Origin: Escherichia phage P1
Sequence record: AF234173.1
Reading direction: 5' to 3' (one strand)
Length of the DNA stretch: 64,000 bases
The position numbers and the translations under genes were made by a program. Shown here in pieces: positions 1 through 8,724 of the stretch. Below the pieces are notes generated by a model. The model was given only the letters and a program-made list of their open reading frames with translations. It was not told where the DNA came from and ran no database searches. Each line of letters opens with the position of its first letter. The first letter of the stretch is position 1.

Positions 1-376
1 CAGGGAAAATCCGATACAACGGGTTAATGAACGAGTCGCCATGCGTAACCATGACGTTGAAATGCCACAGTCGCTCTCCTTTACCCATATATTCAGTGGG
101 TATGTACAACCATTCACTGTTTTCGCCCTGTTCAGCCGACGCCAGACAACGTTGTTCGCCTTCAATCACTGTCGTCGGCTTCTGAACATCGCGGATCCAA
201 TATCTGACCGTTGCGCCGCGCAAAAACGGGAATTTAGACCGGTACTTGAACGGCACCCGGATGAAACCCGGTTTAATTTCCACATCACCAAGTTCTAAAT
301 GCGTGATGTCCTTGCGTTTTAGCAAATAGCGATCGGCTAAGGCTAACGCAAGAACGCATACACCCCAGCCAATCAT
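1..376 (-). CDS. hypothetical protein with N-terminal signal/anchor, partial (3' end lies beyond window start)
   Basis: Minus-strand frame reads MIGWGVCVLALALADRYLLKRKD... with no stop down to position 1; its ATG overlaps the stop of the upstream ORF (ATGA). Not in the ORF track because it is open at the window edge. Confidence 0.4.
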   Translation of the reverse strand, partial: MIGWGVCVLALALADRYLLKRKDITHLELGDVEIKPGFIRVPFKYRSKFPFLRGATVRYWIRDVQKPTTVIEGEQRCLASAEQGENSEWLYIPTEYMGKGERLWHFNVMVTHGDSFINPLYRIFP

Positions 377-702
377 TTCCCGCCTCCCTTTTTCACCAAA
401 CTTGTAAGAACATTCAGAATGCTATCGATATTCACTCGTTTCATCCCTGAAATCACCTCATGACCGTTATTGCTGGCTATCGTTACCATTAAGTACGTAA
501 TTGATAACTCCCAGCCCTCGTGTTGCCCCAATAGGTACGCCACCGCGCCAGCTGTCACTGCAACAAAGATCTCCGTAACCAATCCCAACAAATTGCCAGA
601 CTGGCGACCGTCTCGGACATCCATCAGGAACGTGCCTATCCCACCAATTACTGAAAGCAGGAGCGCAATAGCAACTGGAGCTAATTCCTGTGTGTCAAGC
701 AC
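373..702 (-). CDS. small membrane protein, holin-like (109 aa)
   Basis: ORF track; hydrophobic segments separated by charged loops and a charged C-terminus, resembling lambda-S-type holins. Confidence 0.35.
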   Translation of the reverse strand: MLDTQELAPVAIALLLSVIGGIGTFLMDVRDGRQSGNLLGLVTEIFVAVTAGAVAYLLGQHEGWELSITYLMVTIASNNGHEVISGMKRVNIDSILNVLTSLVKKGGGK

Positions 703-769
703 AAGTTCCCTCCTACGTTGTCAGGAGGTAATGGTATGCAAAGTAACTTCTCAACCGGTCATTTGTTGC

Positions 770-1051
770 TTAAGAGGCATTTCTATTGAGGTACGAATCA
801 ATAATCCTTTGTAACTTTTCAAGAATGAGCCTGTTATTGATGCTGCAAATAATAGTCACGCAATTCTGAAGACTTTCATCCATACCCTTATATTCCGCGA
901 AATACATGCCTATAAAGCCTGCAAGTACGGCAGCAATACACTCGGCCATCAATTGCCTGCATGACGCTTCGTAACGTTTTTCACAAACCCCATTCAGAAA
1001 CGAATGCACCCCGCCAAGGATGGAGAGGAGCATTATTGTGAAATCACACAT
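770..1051 (-). CDS. small membrane protein (93 aa), possible holin/antiholin-like
   Basis: ORF track; two hydrophobic segments; AT-rich gene. Confidence 0.3.
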   Translation of the reverse strand: MCDFTIMLLSILGGVHSFLNGVCEKRYEASCRQLMAECIAAVLAGFIGMYFAEYKGMDESLQNCVTIICSINNRLILEKLQRIIDSYLNRNAS

Positions 1052-1178
1052 AACTATTTCCTTAATAGTGAATTAAATATCATTGGGAAACGGTATGTAC
1101 TTTGTGATTTCCACACATACTGGTTTTTGTTAATTAAAATCCGCAGCTTGCTATAAATAACGATAGTGAGCAGAAAAT

Positions 1179-1739
1179 ATGCTAATAGGCTATGTACGCG
1201 TATCAACAAATGAACAAAACACTGCTTTACAACGAAACGCTCTTGAAAGCGCAGGATGTGAGCTAATTTTTGAGGACAAGGCGAGCGGCAAAAAGGCTGA
1301 GCGCCCTGGGTTAAAAAAGGTACTCCGTATGCTTTCCAGAGGTGATACCCTGGTCGTATGGAAGTTAGACCGTCTTGGGCGCAGCATGCGTCACTTAGTT
1401 GTGCTGGTGGAAGAGCTGCGTGACAGAGGCATTAACTTCCGGAGTCTCACTGACTCCATCGACACCAGTACACCAATGGGGCGCTTTTTCTTTCACGTAA
1501 TGGGGGCGCTGGCAGAAATGGAACGTGAGCTTATCGTTGAACGTACACGCGCTGGACTTGATGCAGCTCGCGCAGAAGGTCGTATAGGTGGGCGTCGGCC
1601 TAAATACCAAGAAGAAACATGGCAGCAAATGCGGCGATTGCTGGAGAAGGGCATCCCCCGTAAGCAGGTTGCAATCATCTATGATGTGGCTGTTTCCACG
1701 CTTTATAAGAAGTTTCCGGCGTCATCATTTCAATCCTAA
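1179..1739 (+). CDS. cin: serine-recombinase DNA invertase (Cin/Pin/Gin/Hin family)
   Basis: N-terminal GYVRVSTNEQ catalytic-serine motif, resolvase fold, C-terminal HTH; lies directly beside an invertible segment. Confidence 0.93.
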   Translation: MLIGYVRVSTNEQNTALQRNALESAGCELIFEDKASGKKAERPGLKKVLRMLSRGDTLVVWKLDRLGRSMRHLVVLVEELRDRGINFRSLTDSIDTSTPMGRFFFHVMGALAEMERELIVERTRAGLDAARAEGRIGGRRPKYQEETWQQMRRLLEKGIPRKQVAIIYDVAVSTLYKKFPASSFQS

Positions 1740-1753
1740 ACCTTGGTTTAAGA
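1728..1753. promoter_or_regulatory. cix-like crossover site, left (TTCAATCCTAAACCTTGGTTTAAGAG)
   Basis: Imperfect palindrome with AAACC-TT-GGTTT core matching gix/hix/cix sites; spans the cin stop codon; sequence identity with the right repeat starts at its centre. Confidence 0.6.
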
Positions 1754-2340
1754 GAACTCGGTACCAGCGGTGAAAAGATCCCCCTGTTGAGCACGGCTAA
1801 CACATGGAGTGCACGCCAGACTTTCAACGGCGGGATCACCGGGGCGCTGACAGGGAACGCCGATACCGCAACGAAATTGAAAACAGCCAGAAACATTAAT
1901 GGCGTCAGGTTCGATGGTTCTGGTGACATTAATATCAATACTCTGGTATCGCGCGGTCGCGTAACGGCCCTGGAGGCGAATGCACAGGGAACATCCGGGA
2001 TTCAGCTGTATGAGGCATACAACAATGGCTACCCTTCCCCCTATGGCAATGTGCTTCACCTTAAAGGTGCCACCGCTGCTGGCGAAGGTGAGTTATTCAT
2101 TGGCTGGAGTGGCACGAGCGGTGCCCATGCGCCCGTACATATCCGTTCGCGGCGGGATACTGATTCTGCCAACTGGTCTGAATGGGCGCAGGTCTATACG
2201 TCAAAAGATTCAATTCCCGGCGTCAATGCCAAAGGGGATCAGGATACCTCTGGTAATGCGGCTACAGCGACCAAGTTGCAGACAGCATGTACTATCAACG
2301 GTGTCTCGTTTGATGGTTCTAAAAATATTGAGCTAACGGC
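1741..2340. repeat. left arm of ~0.6 kb inverted repeat flanking the invertible C-segment
   Basis: About 190 aa of ORF 1787..3301 are identical to residues of the 1016-aa minus-strand tail fibre; nucleotide identity runs from ~1741 to ~2340 and diverges after GAGCTAACGGC. Confidence 0.85.
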
Positions 2341-3301
2341 TGAAAATTTAAATCTTGAGCGAACAGTAGAATTAGCCGCTGGGTCATTGCAGAAAAATCA
2401 GAACGGCGCGGATATTCCTGGAAAAGATACCTTCACAAAAAATATTGGTGCATGTCGCGCTTTTCACAGTTCTATTAGTACAGGTGCAGGGAACTGGACA
2501 ACGGCACAATTGATTGAATGGCTGGATTCTCAAGGGGCATTCAATCACCCATACTGGATGTGCAAATGTTCATGGTCGTACGGCAATAATAAAATTATAA
2601 CCGATACTGGCTGTGGAACTATTCATCTTGCAGGTTGCGTTATTGAGGTTATGGGTAATAAAGGTGCCATGACCATCCGTGTAACAACACCAAGCACTTC
2701 CAGCGGTGGCGGAATCACTAACGCTCAATTCACTTATATTAATCATGGTGATGCTTACGCTCCTGGCTGGCGACGAGACTACAACACGAAAAACCTGCAA
2801 CCTGCATTTGCTTTAGGGCAGACAGGAAACAGGGTTGCAAATGATAAAGCTGTTGGCTGGAACTGGAATAGCGGTGTTTATGATGCAGACCTAAAAGGCG
2901 CATCAACATTAATTCTTCATTTCAATATGAACGCGGGTAGCTGCCCGGCTGTACAATTACGCGTGAATTATAAGAACGGCGGTATTTATTATCGTTCAGC
3001 GCGTGATGGTTATGGATTTGAGGCTGACTGGTCAGAGTTTTACACCACAACCCGCAAACCCTCTGCGGGGGATGTTGGTGCATATACGCAGGCAGAATGT
3101 AACTCAAGGTTTATTACAGGTATTCGCCTGGGCGGTCTGTCATCTGTCCAGACATGGAATGGCCCCGGCTGGTCTGACAGGTCAGGTTATGTCGTTACGG
3201 GTTCAGTTAACGGGAACCGTGATGAATTAATTGATACAACACAGGCAAGGCCAATTCAGTATTGCATTAATGGGACGTGGTATAACGCGGGGAGTATTTA
3301 A
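1787..3301 (+). CDS. alternative tail-fibre C-terminal cassette (Sv'-like), silent in this orientation
   Basis: Shares the repeat-encoded segment with the expressed fibre, then diverges into a different C-terminus; no ATG of its own (track start is TTG inside the repeat). Confidence 0.75.
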   Translation: MSTANTWSARQTFNGGITGALTGNADTATKLKTARNINGVRFDGSGDININTLVSRGRVTALEANAQGTSGIQLYEAYNNGYPSPYGNVLHLKGATAAGEGELFIGWSGTSGAHAPVHIRSRRDTDSANWSEWAQVYTSKDSIPGVNAKGDQDTSGNAATATKLQTACTINGVSFDGSKNIELTAENLNLERTVELAAGSLQKNQNGADIPGKDTFTKNIGACRAFHSSISTGAGNWTTAQLIEWLDSQGAFNHPYWMCKCSWSYGNNKIITDTGCGTIHLAGCVIEVMGNKGAMTIRVTTPSTSSGGGITNAQFTYINHGDAYAPGWRRDYNTKNLQPAFALGQTGNRVANDKAVGWNWNSGVYDADLKGASTLILHFNMNAGSCPAVQLRVNYKNGGIYYRSARDGYGFEADWSEFYTTTRKPSAGDVGAYTQAECNSRFITGIRLGGLSSVQTWNGPGWSDRSGYVVTGSVNGNRDELIDTTQARPIQYCINGTWYNAGSI

Positions 3302-3303
3302 TT

Positions 3304-3837
3304 ATGATGCACTTAAGAAATATTACAGCTGGCAACCCTAAAACAAAAGAGCAATACCAGCTAACGAAACAATTTAACATCAAATGGCTTTATACAGAGG
3401 ATGGAAAAAACTGGTATGAGGAACAAAAGAATTTCCAGTATGATACGTTGAAAATGGCCTATGACCACAACGGCGTTATTATTTGTATTGAAAAGGATGT
3501 TTCAGCAATTAATCCAGAAGGCGCAAGCGTCGTTGAATTACCTGATATTACAGCAAATCGCCGGGCTGATATTTCTGGTAAATGGATGTTCAAAGATGGC
3601 GTAGTGGTAAAGCGAACTTATACCGAGGAAGAGCAGAGGCAACAAGCGGAAAATGAAAAGCAAAGTCTGCTACAGCTCGTCAGGGATAAAACCCAGCTAT
3701 GGGACTCACAGCTACGGCTGGGTATCATTTCCGCCGAGAATAAGCAGAAATTAACCGAGTGGATGCTCTTTGCGCAGAAAGTCGAATCCACAGACACCTC
3801 CAGCCTACCAGTAACATTTCCCGAACAACCTGAATGA
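3304..3837 (+). CDS. tail fibre assembly chaperone (Tfa/U'-like)
   Basis: 177 aa; paralogous to ORF 3866..4393 (shared ...[12 protein letters not shown]...GKWMFKDG...); follows the fibre cassette. Confidence 0.8.
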   Translation: MMHLRNITAGNPKTKEQYQLTKQFNIKWLYTEDGKNWYEEQKNFQYDTLKMAYDHNGVIICIEKDVSAINPEGASVVELPDITANRRADISGKWMFKDGVVVKRTYTEEEQRQQAENEKQSLLQLVRDKTQLWDSQLRLGIISAENKQKLTEWMLFAQKVESTDTSSLPVTFPEQPE

Positions 3838-3840
3838 GAC

Positions 3841-3860
3841 AAGGCCCGATAGCGGGCCTT
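3841..3860. terminator. hairpin between the convergent chaperone genes
   Basis: AAGGCCCGATAGCGGGCCTT stem-loop followed by a T-run on the + strand. Confidence 0.5.
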
Positions 3861-3865
3861 AATTT

Positions 3866-4393
3866 TTATTCAGGCTTTTGTGGCCATTCAGGATTTGCCG
3901 TATCCACACGGCTGACCAGAACACTGTAGCGTTCCCATGCTTCCAGTCGTGTGCGTTCCTCGTCTGTTGCCATATTCAGCCTGACAGCGCGTTCCAGCGG
4001 CTGGATGACTGATTCAGCTTCGGAAAGCAATGCGGCCTTTTGTGATTCGGCTTGTTGTTGCTGTTCGTCTGCCGTATAAATCCGTTTAACTACAGCTCCA
4101 TCCTTAAACATCCACTTTCCTGAATCATCAGCGCGGCGGTTGGCTGTTATGTCGGGAACCTCAACGACGCTAAAACCTTCAGGGTTAAGCGTGGAGGCAT
4201 CTTTGGTGATGGCGACAATAATATTATTTTCATCGTAAACAATCTTTATGGTGTCTGGTTGAAAGTTTTTCACTTCCTCATACCAGTTTTTTCCGTCTTC
4301 AGACCACAACCAGATTACGTCAAAATTCTTTGTTAATTGGTATTGCTCTTTTGTCTTTGGGTTTCCTGACCTGATATTTTTTAAGTGCTGCAT
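3866..4393 (-). CDS. tail fibre assembly chaperone (Tfa/U-like)
   Basis: 175 aa paralogue of 3304..3837; immediately downstream of the expressed fibre gene. Confidence 0.8.
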
Positions 4394-4396
4394 AAT

Positions 4397-7360
4397 TTAC
4401 ACCTGTGCGACGTTATACCATATGCCATTGATGTATTTTTGTATCGGCCTGAAGCTAGCTTCATCATCGCCATCAACTTTACCAATAATCCTTAATCCGG
4501 TAAGTGCGTGTCCGGCTATTTCATAACGCCCTCCACGCGCCATCAATTGAACAACACGTGTGCCAAGTCGGACATCTCTCACATAGCGTGAGTCAAAATT
4601 GCCATAATTTCCGGGAATAATTTGCGCACCGCAAAGCCAGTTACCGTTATTGTCCATGTACGCCTGACCATCGGTGCCATTGGCTGTCCTTGAGTTATTA
4701 ATCATGTAGATGCCAAATTGCTTGTTCCCCAGTCCACCTATCATGAACTTTCGGTCGGCGTGATTCTGGCGAAGTAACGCCTGAGCGCTATCAGTGTTAA
4801 CTATATTTTTCCCAAAGATAGCGTTGTTATCGCGCATCTGAATCCACATACCATTACTGCTGTTAATAGCAAAACGGTCTGAAAGTGTCTCCCCTGAAAC
4901 ATTAAGGCCACGCCCCATCGAAACAGCGCCAGTAGCGTTATTAATCCATAATGGCCTTAATCCGTTATAAGTCCCCATGTTGTCACCGGAGTTTGTCAAC
5001 ATGAAGTATGTATTTGAACCATCATTACGAATAAAGAATCCGTAATTACCATAAGCAATACGTAGGCCGTTTGCTGATTTTGATATGACTTCGCCATTTA
5101 CAATGGCATTGACAAGAACATACAAAGCATCCCATTTAAGATTCATCAGGTCTTTTGTTGTGGTACTTTGTTTGCTTCTCCATTTGAAATATTCATTGCC
5201 GTTGTCGCCTGTTTCAAACCACATGTATGAATCAGTATCGCTGTCGGCATCATTTTTAAAACCAATCTTCGCCCAGTCAGTATTCCGAATCCAGGCAAGG
5301 ATTGAGTCGTTTTCAAAAGTAAGTCCACCGGACAAGGTATCGCCTGTCTTTTGAACCGCGTTATCAGCCTTGTTTACCGTTTCCTGTAGATTTAAATCTT
5401 CCGCCGTTAGCTCAATATTTTTAGAACCGTCAAACGAGACGCCGTTGATAGTACATGCTGTCTGCAACTTGGTCGCTGTAGCCGCATTACCAGAGGTATC
5501 CTGATCCCCTTTGGCATTGACGCCGGGAATTGAATCTTTTGACGTATAGACCTGCGCCCATTCAGACCAGTTGGCAGAATCAGTATCCCGCCGCGAACGG
5601 ATATGTACGGGCGCATGGGCACCGCTCGTGCCACTCCAGCCAATGAATAACTCACCTTCGCCAGCAGCGGTGGCACCTTTAAGGTGAAGCACATTGCCAT
5701 AGGGGGAAGGGTAGCCATTGTTGTATGCCTCATACAGCTGAATCCCGGATGTTCCCTGTGCATTCGCCTCCAGGGCCGTTACGCGACCGCGCGATACCAG
5801 AGTATTGATATTAATGTCACCAGAACCATCGAACCTGACGCCATTAATGTTTCTGGCTGTTTTCAATTTCGTTGCGGTATCGGCGTTCCCTGTCAGCGCC
5901 CCGGTGATCCCGCCGTTGAAAGTCTGGCGTGCACTCCATGTGTTAGCCGTGCTCAACAGGGGGATCTTTTCACCGCTGGTACCGAGTTCTCTTAAACCAA
6001 GGTATTGGATAACAGCAAGAATGCTTGTTTTGGCCAGAATATCGCGACCAACTGACGTTAAGTCAGTCTGAGAAACAGTGTCTGTACCGGTAAAGTACGG
6101 CAATTTATTTGCGCCTGTCGCAAGACCAGCAAGCGCGGTTAAAGTTGCATCAAGTGGCTGTTTCCCTGCCAGCGCATTTGTCATTGTTGTCGCAAAGTTC
6201 GGGTCATTGCCCAGTGCTGCTGCAAGCTCATACAGGGTATCAAGAGCTTCAGGTGATGAGCCGACCAATGCAGAGATAGCAGCCCGTACGTAAGCAGTCG
6301 TAGCGATCTGCGTATTGTTTGTGCCCTGTGCAGCCGTAGGCGCAGTAGGGACACCCGTTAATGCAGGGCTTGCCAAAGGCGCTTTGAGAGCCAAGGCATT
6401 GTTGATAGTTGTGCTGTAATTCGGGTCGTTATTGATCGCAGCCGCTATTTCTTTCAGCGTATCCAGTGTGCCAGGCGCACCGTTGATAAGTGCAGTTATA
6501 GCTGCCTTAACAAAGGCTGTATTTGCGATCTGCGTGCTGTTTGTACCTTGCGCTGCCGTCGGCGCGGTTGGCGTTCCTGTCAGACTCGGGCTTTCTATTG
6601 GCGCTTTGGTATCAGCCAGATCTTTTATAGACTTAACAGCTTTAGGGGTAGCCGCCATTGTTTCGCTGTCGCTGTTAGTTGCGCTACTGAGCTGAACTAA
6701 TCCCTTTTGCGTTGTGCTTGCATCCTGTGCCGTATACTTGCTTTTCGCCAGATCGTAGGCTTTTTTAACTGCCAGCGAACTTGCAGCAACATCACTTCTG
6801 GTACTGGTTACAGAGTCTGAAATATCAATGCCGATCGAGCGGTTGATACGCTCGGATGTATCAATCATCTCCTGGGTAATGGCAGATACACTAGCAGGGA
6901 TATTCACCGTACAAACAAGCAGCTCCCCATCTCCTAACTGATATGAATCGGTATAGGTTCTGGCAACAAATTCAGCCGCATGAATATGTGACGCGGTATT
7001 CACCTGGTAGGTATCTTCTCCAAGGAGGTATCTTCCCTTCAGCACAATTGCATATTTCTTGCCTGCACTAAGTGCAAGAGAAATATCCTTACGTTGCTGA
7101 ATAGTTACCTGGTAAAATTCACCAATATCCACCGACGCCGCGCCTGCGGTTTTATCACCATCCACTGAGGTAATTAACAGGTTCATCCCACCGCCAGGCT
7201 TAGGTAAGAAACCGGCATAAAATCCCGGGTCAACAATCCCCCTGAATTTTCGGTTTAGCGCGGCTGACAGATATGGTTCGTGGTATTGCACATCGGCCAC
7301 CAGAGCCAACGACTCGGATGATGGGTAAGTAACCGATGTAACAACTGTAACGTCATTCAT
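4397..7360 (-). CDS. tail fibre protein (constant N-terminal part plus currently joined variable C-terminus)
   Basis: Long ORF (track 4397..7447); likely true start is the ATG at 7360 preceded by AAGGAT; contains the right inverted repeat and internal tandem repeats. Confidence 0.85.
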   Translation of the reverse strand: MNDVTVVTSVTYPSSESLALVADVQYHEPYLSAALNRKFRGIVDPGFYAGFLPKPGGGMNLLITSVDGDKTAGAASVDIGEFYQVTIQQRKDISLALSAGKKYAIVLKGRYLLGEDTYQVNTASHIHAAEFVARTYTDSYQLGDGELLVCTVNIPASVSAITQEMIDTSERINRSIGIDISDSVTSTRSDVAASSLAVKKAYDLAKSKYTAQDASTTQKGLVQLSSATNSDSETMAATPKAVKSIKDLADTKAPIESPSLTGTPTAPTAAQGTNSTQIANTAFVKAAITALINGAPGTLDTLKEIAAAINNDPNYSTTINNALALKAPLASPALTGVPTAPTAAQGTNNTQIATTAYVRAAISALVGSSPEALDTLYELAAALGNDPNFATTMTNALAGKQPLDATLTALAGLATGANKLPYFTGTDTVSQTDLTSVGRDILAKTSILAVIQYLGLRELGTSGEKIPLLSTANTWSARQTFNGGITGALTGNADTATKLKTARNINGVRFDGSGDININTLVSRGRVTALEANAQGTSGIQLYEAYNNGYPSPYGNVLHLKGATAAGEGELFIGWSGTSGAHAPVHIRSRRDTDSANWSEWAQVYTSKDSIPGVNAKGDQDTSGNAATATKLQTACTINGVSFDGSKNIELTAEDLNLQETVNKADNAVQKTGDTLSGGLTFENDSILAWIRNTDWAKIGFKNDADSDTDSYMWFETGDNGNEYFKWRSKQSTTTKDLMNLKWDALYVLVNAIVNGEVISKSANGLRIAYGNYGFFIRNDGSNTYFMLTNSGDNMGTYNGLRPLWINNATGAVSMGRGLNVSGETLSDRFAINSSNGMWIQMRDNNAIFGKNIVNTDSAQALLRQNHADRKFMIGGLGNKQFGIYMINNSRTANGTDGQAYMDNNGNWLCGAQIIPGNYGNFDSRYVRDVRLGTRVVQLMARGGRYEIAGHALTGLRIIGKVDGDDEASFRPIQKYINGIWYNVAQV
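5406..6005. repeat. right arm of ~0.6 kb inverted repeat of the C-segment
   Basis: Reverse complement of 1741..2340; mirror ORFs 5684..5995 (+) and 1748..2059 (-) are identical. Confidence 0.85.
5988..6013. promoter_or_regulatory. cix-like crossover site, right
   Basis: Reverse complement reads TTATCCAATACCTTGGTTTAAGAGAA, a close match to gix/cix sites, at the outer edge of the repeat. Confidence 0.6.
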
Positions 7361-7371
7361 CAAGCATATCC

Positions 7372-7806
7372 TTATGCTGTAGTCGTGTTTATGGCCATAA
7401 CTGCGGTATATGTTTTGCCCACATACAGCGAGTCTTCCTGGACACAAATAATGGCGATTGGCTTGTTCTCGTTATCCAGAACAACCAGAGTGTTGAATGG
7501 GTAGTTTTTCCCTTCCTGCAACTGGCTTTGATCAAGGTCCATTCGGACAGTAATTATCCCGCCTGAGTAGGTTGGGACGAGGTTGATGGTGCAAAATTGA
7601 CTGGTCAGTTCTGCCAGTTCGAAAGCCTTTGGCAGTTCTCCAATCTCATAAGTGCCATCTCCTTTCTTAGTAACCAGCGAACTGGTACCGAAAACGGCCT
7701 TGCTGATTAAAAATCGAGAGCCTTTGTTAATGGACGATTCAGCGCGCCGCTGATAGTAATAGTCCAACAACTGACTCTTATAGAGGTTTGTTGAGACGTC
7801 AGACAT
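7372..7806 (-). CDS. tail/baseplate protein
   Basis: 144-aa ORF directly upstream of the fibre gene in the same operon. Confidence 0.5.
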   Translation of the reverse strand: MSDVSTNLYKSQLLDYYYQRRAESSINKGSRFLISKAVFGTSSLVTKKGDGTYEIGELPKAFELAELTSQFCTINLVPTYSGGIITVRMDLDQSQLQEGKNYPFNTLVVLDNENKPIAIICVQEDSLYVGKTYTAVMAINTTTA

Positions 7807-7884
7807 GATTTTCCCTAATCAATGTTGTGAAGCCTCATTGTAAGATAAGTAACTTGTCACCCCGCCCTGCGGACGGGGTGATTA

Positions 7885-8724
7885 TCAGGCATCACTATCC
7901 AGCAGCAAATCATCTGCGCGGGTGCGATCAAACGTAGGCGTTGCTTTCACAATAGTGCCGCCCGGCGTTGCAGTGATCGGAGCGCTAATCGACGTAACTC
8001 CAGTAAGCGAAGTTGTATCCGAAGTTTCAAACCAGCAGTACGCTTTTTCGGTATCAGAAATCTCGTTCAAAGTGATCATGTCGGCGTGTTCATTTACAAC
8101 AACCGACAAATAGAGCGTAAGCCCATCAAACACTATATGCAGTGGCAGTAGAGGCTTTACGAACTGATTAAACTTTCTGAGAATTTCTTCTGTAATTGCG
8201 GACTGATCTATCGTGCCAGTAATACCCATTGTCCTGGCCAGGTCGTTTATGGGAATACTGATCATCCCTCTGGAAGTCAGAAACATCTCGCCGAATGTGC
8301 CGCCGGTAGTCTCCAGTGTGCTTTCTGGTATTAGAACCGTGCCATAGGGATGACGCTCAAGGTCCACCGGTGCATATATCGGATCCCATAAAACAGAAAT
8401 ACCGTTAAATTCGCGGTAAATTGTCTGGTTTATAGGGCGTTCAGTCCCCTTAAAGTGAATCTCATCAAGACGCTGTTGTAACAACATCGGAACGGAAGAT
8501 GAGTTCGACGTTCTGATAGTAAAGAACTGGCCAAGTTCATTTGTCCTGGTCTCCAGATCCTCCTTGCTCATGGAAAAAATAGACTTCCGGTTGGTAATTC
8601 GCTCCAACCATGGGTCAACAAAGGTATCCATCATTGACTGAACCAAATCAGCCAATGATTTATAGAGCAATGACTTTTGCTTAGCTGATGTAAGCCGGTG
8701 ATTAAACCAGGAACGCTGCATCAC
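7885..8724 (-). CDS. baseplate protein
   Basis: 279-aa ORF, 4-bp overlap with the upstream gene. Confidence 0.45.
   Translation of the reverse strand: MMQRSWFNHRLTSAKQKSLLYKSLADLVQSMMDTFVDPWLERITNRKSIFSMSKEDLETRTNELGQFFTIRTSNSSSVPMLLQQRLDEIHFKGTERPINQTIYREFNGISVLWDPIYAPVDLERHPYGTVLIPESTLETTGGTFGEMFLTSRGMISIPINDLARTMGITGTIDQSAITEEILRKFNQFVKPLLPLHIVFDGLTLYLSVVVNEHADMITLNEISDTEKAYCWFETSDTTSLTGVTSISAPITATPGGTIVKATPTFDRTRADDLLLDSDA

Noticed and set aside
41-298. Plus-strand 85-aa ORF at the window start
   Set aside because: The minus strand over the same region gives a continuous protein-like frame with a signal-anchor N-terminus and ATGA coupling to the upstream gene; the plus ORF has odd composition.
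1675-2336. Track ORFs 1675..1938 (-), 1748..2059 (-) and 1980..2336 (+) and their mirror copies at 5407..6071
   Set aside because: They lie inside the inverted repeat that encodes the shared tail-fibre segment; they are frame artefacts present twice only because the repeat is present twice.
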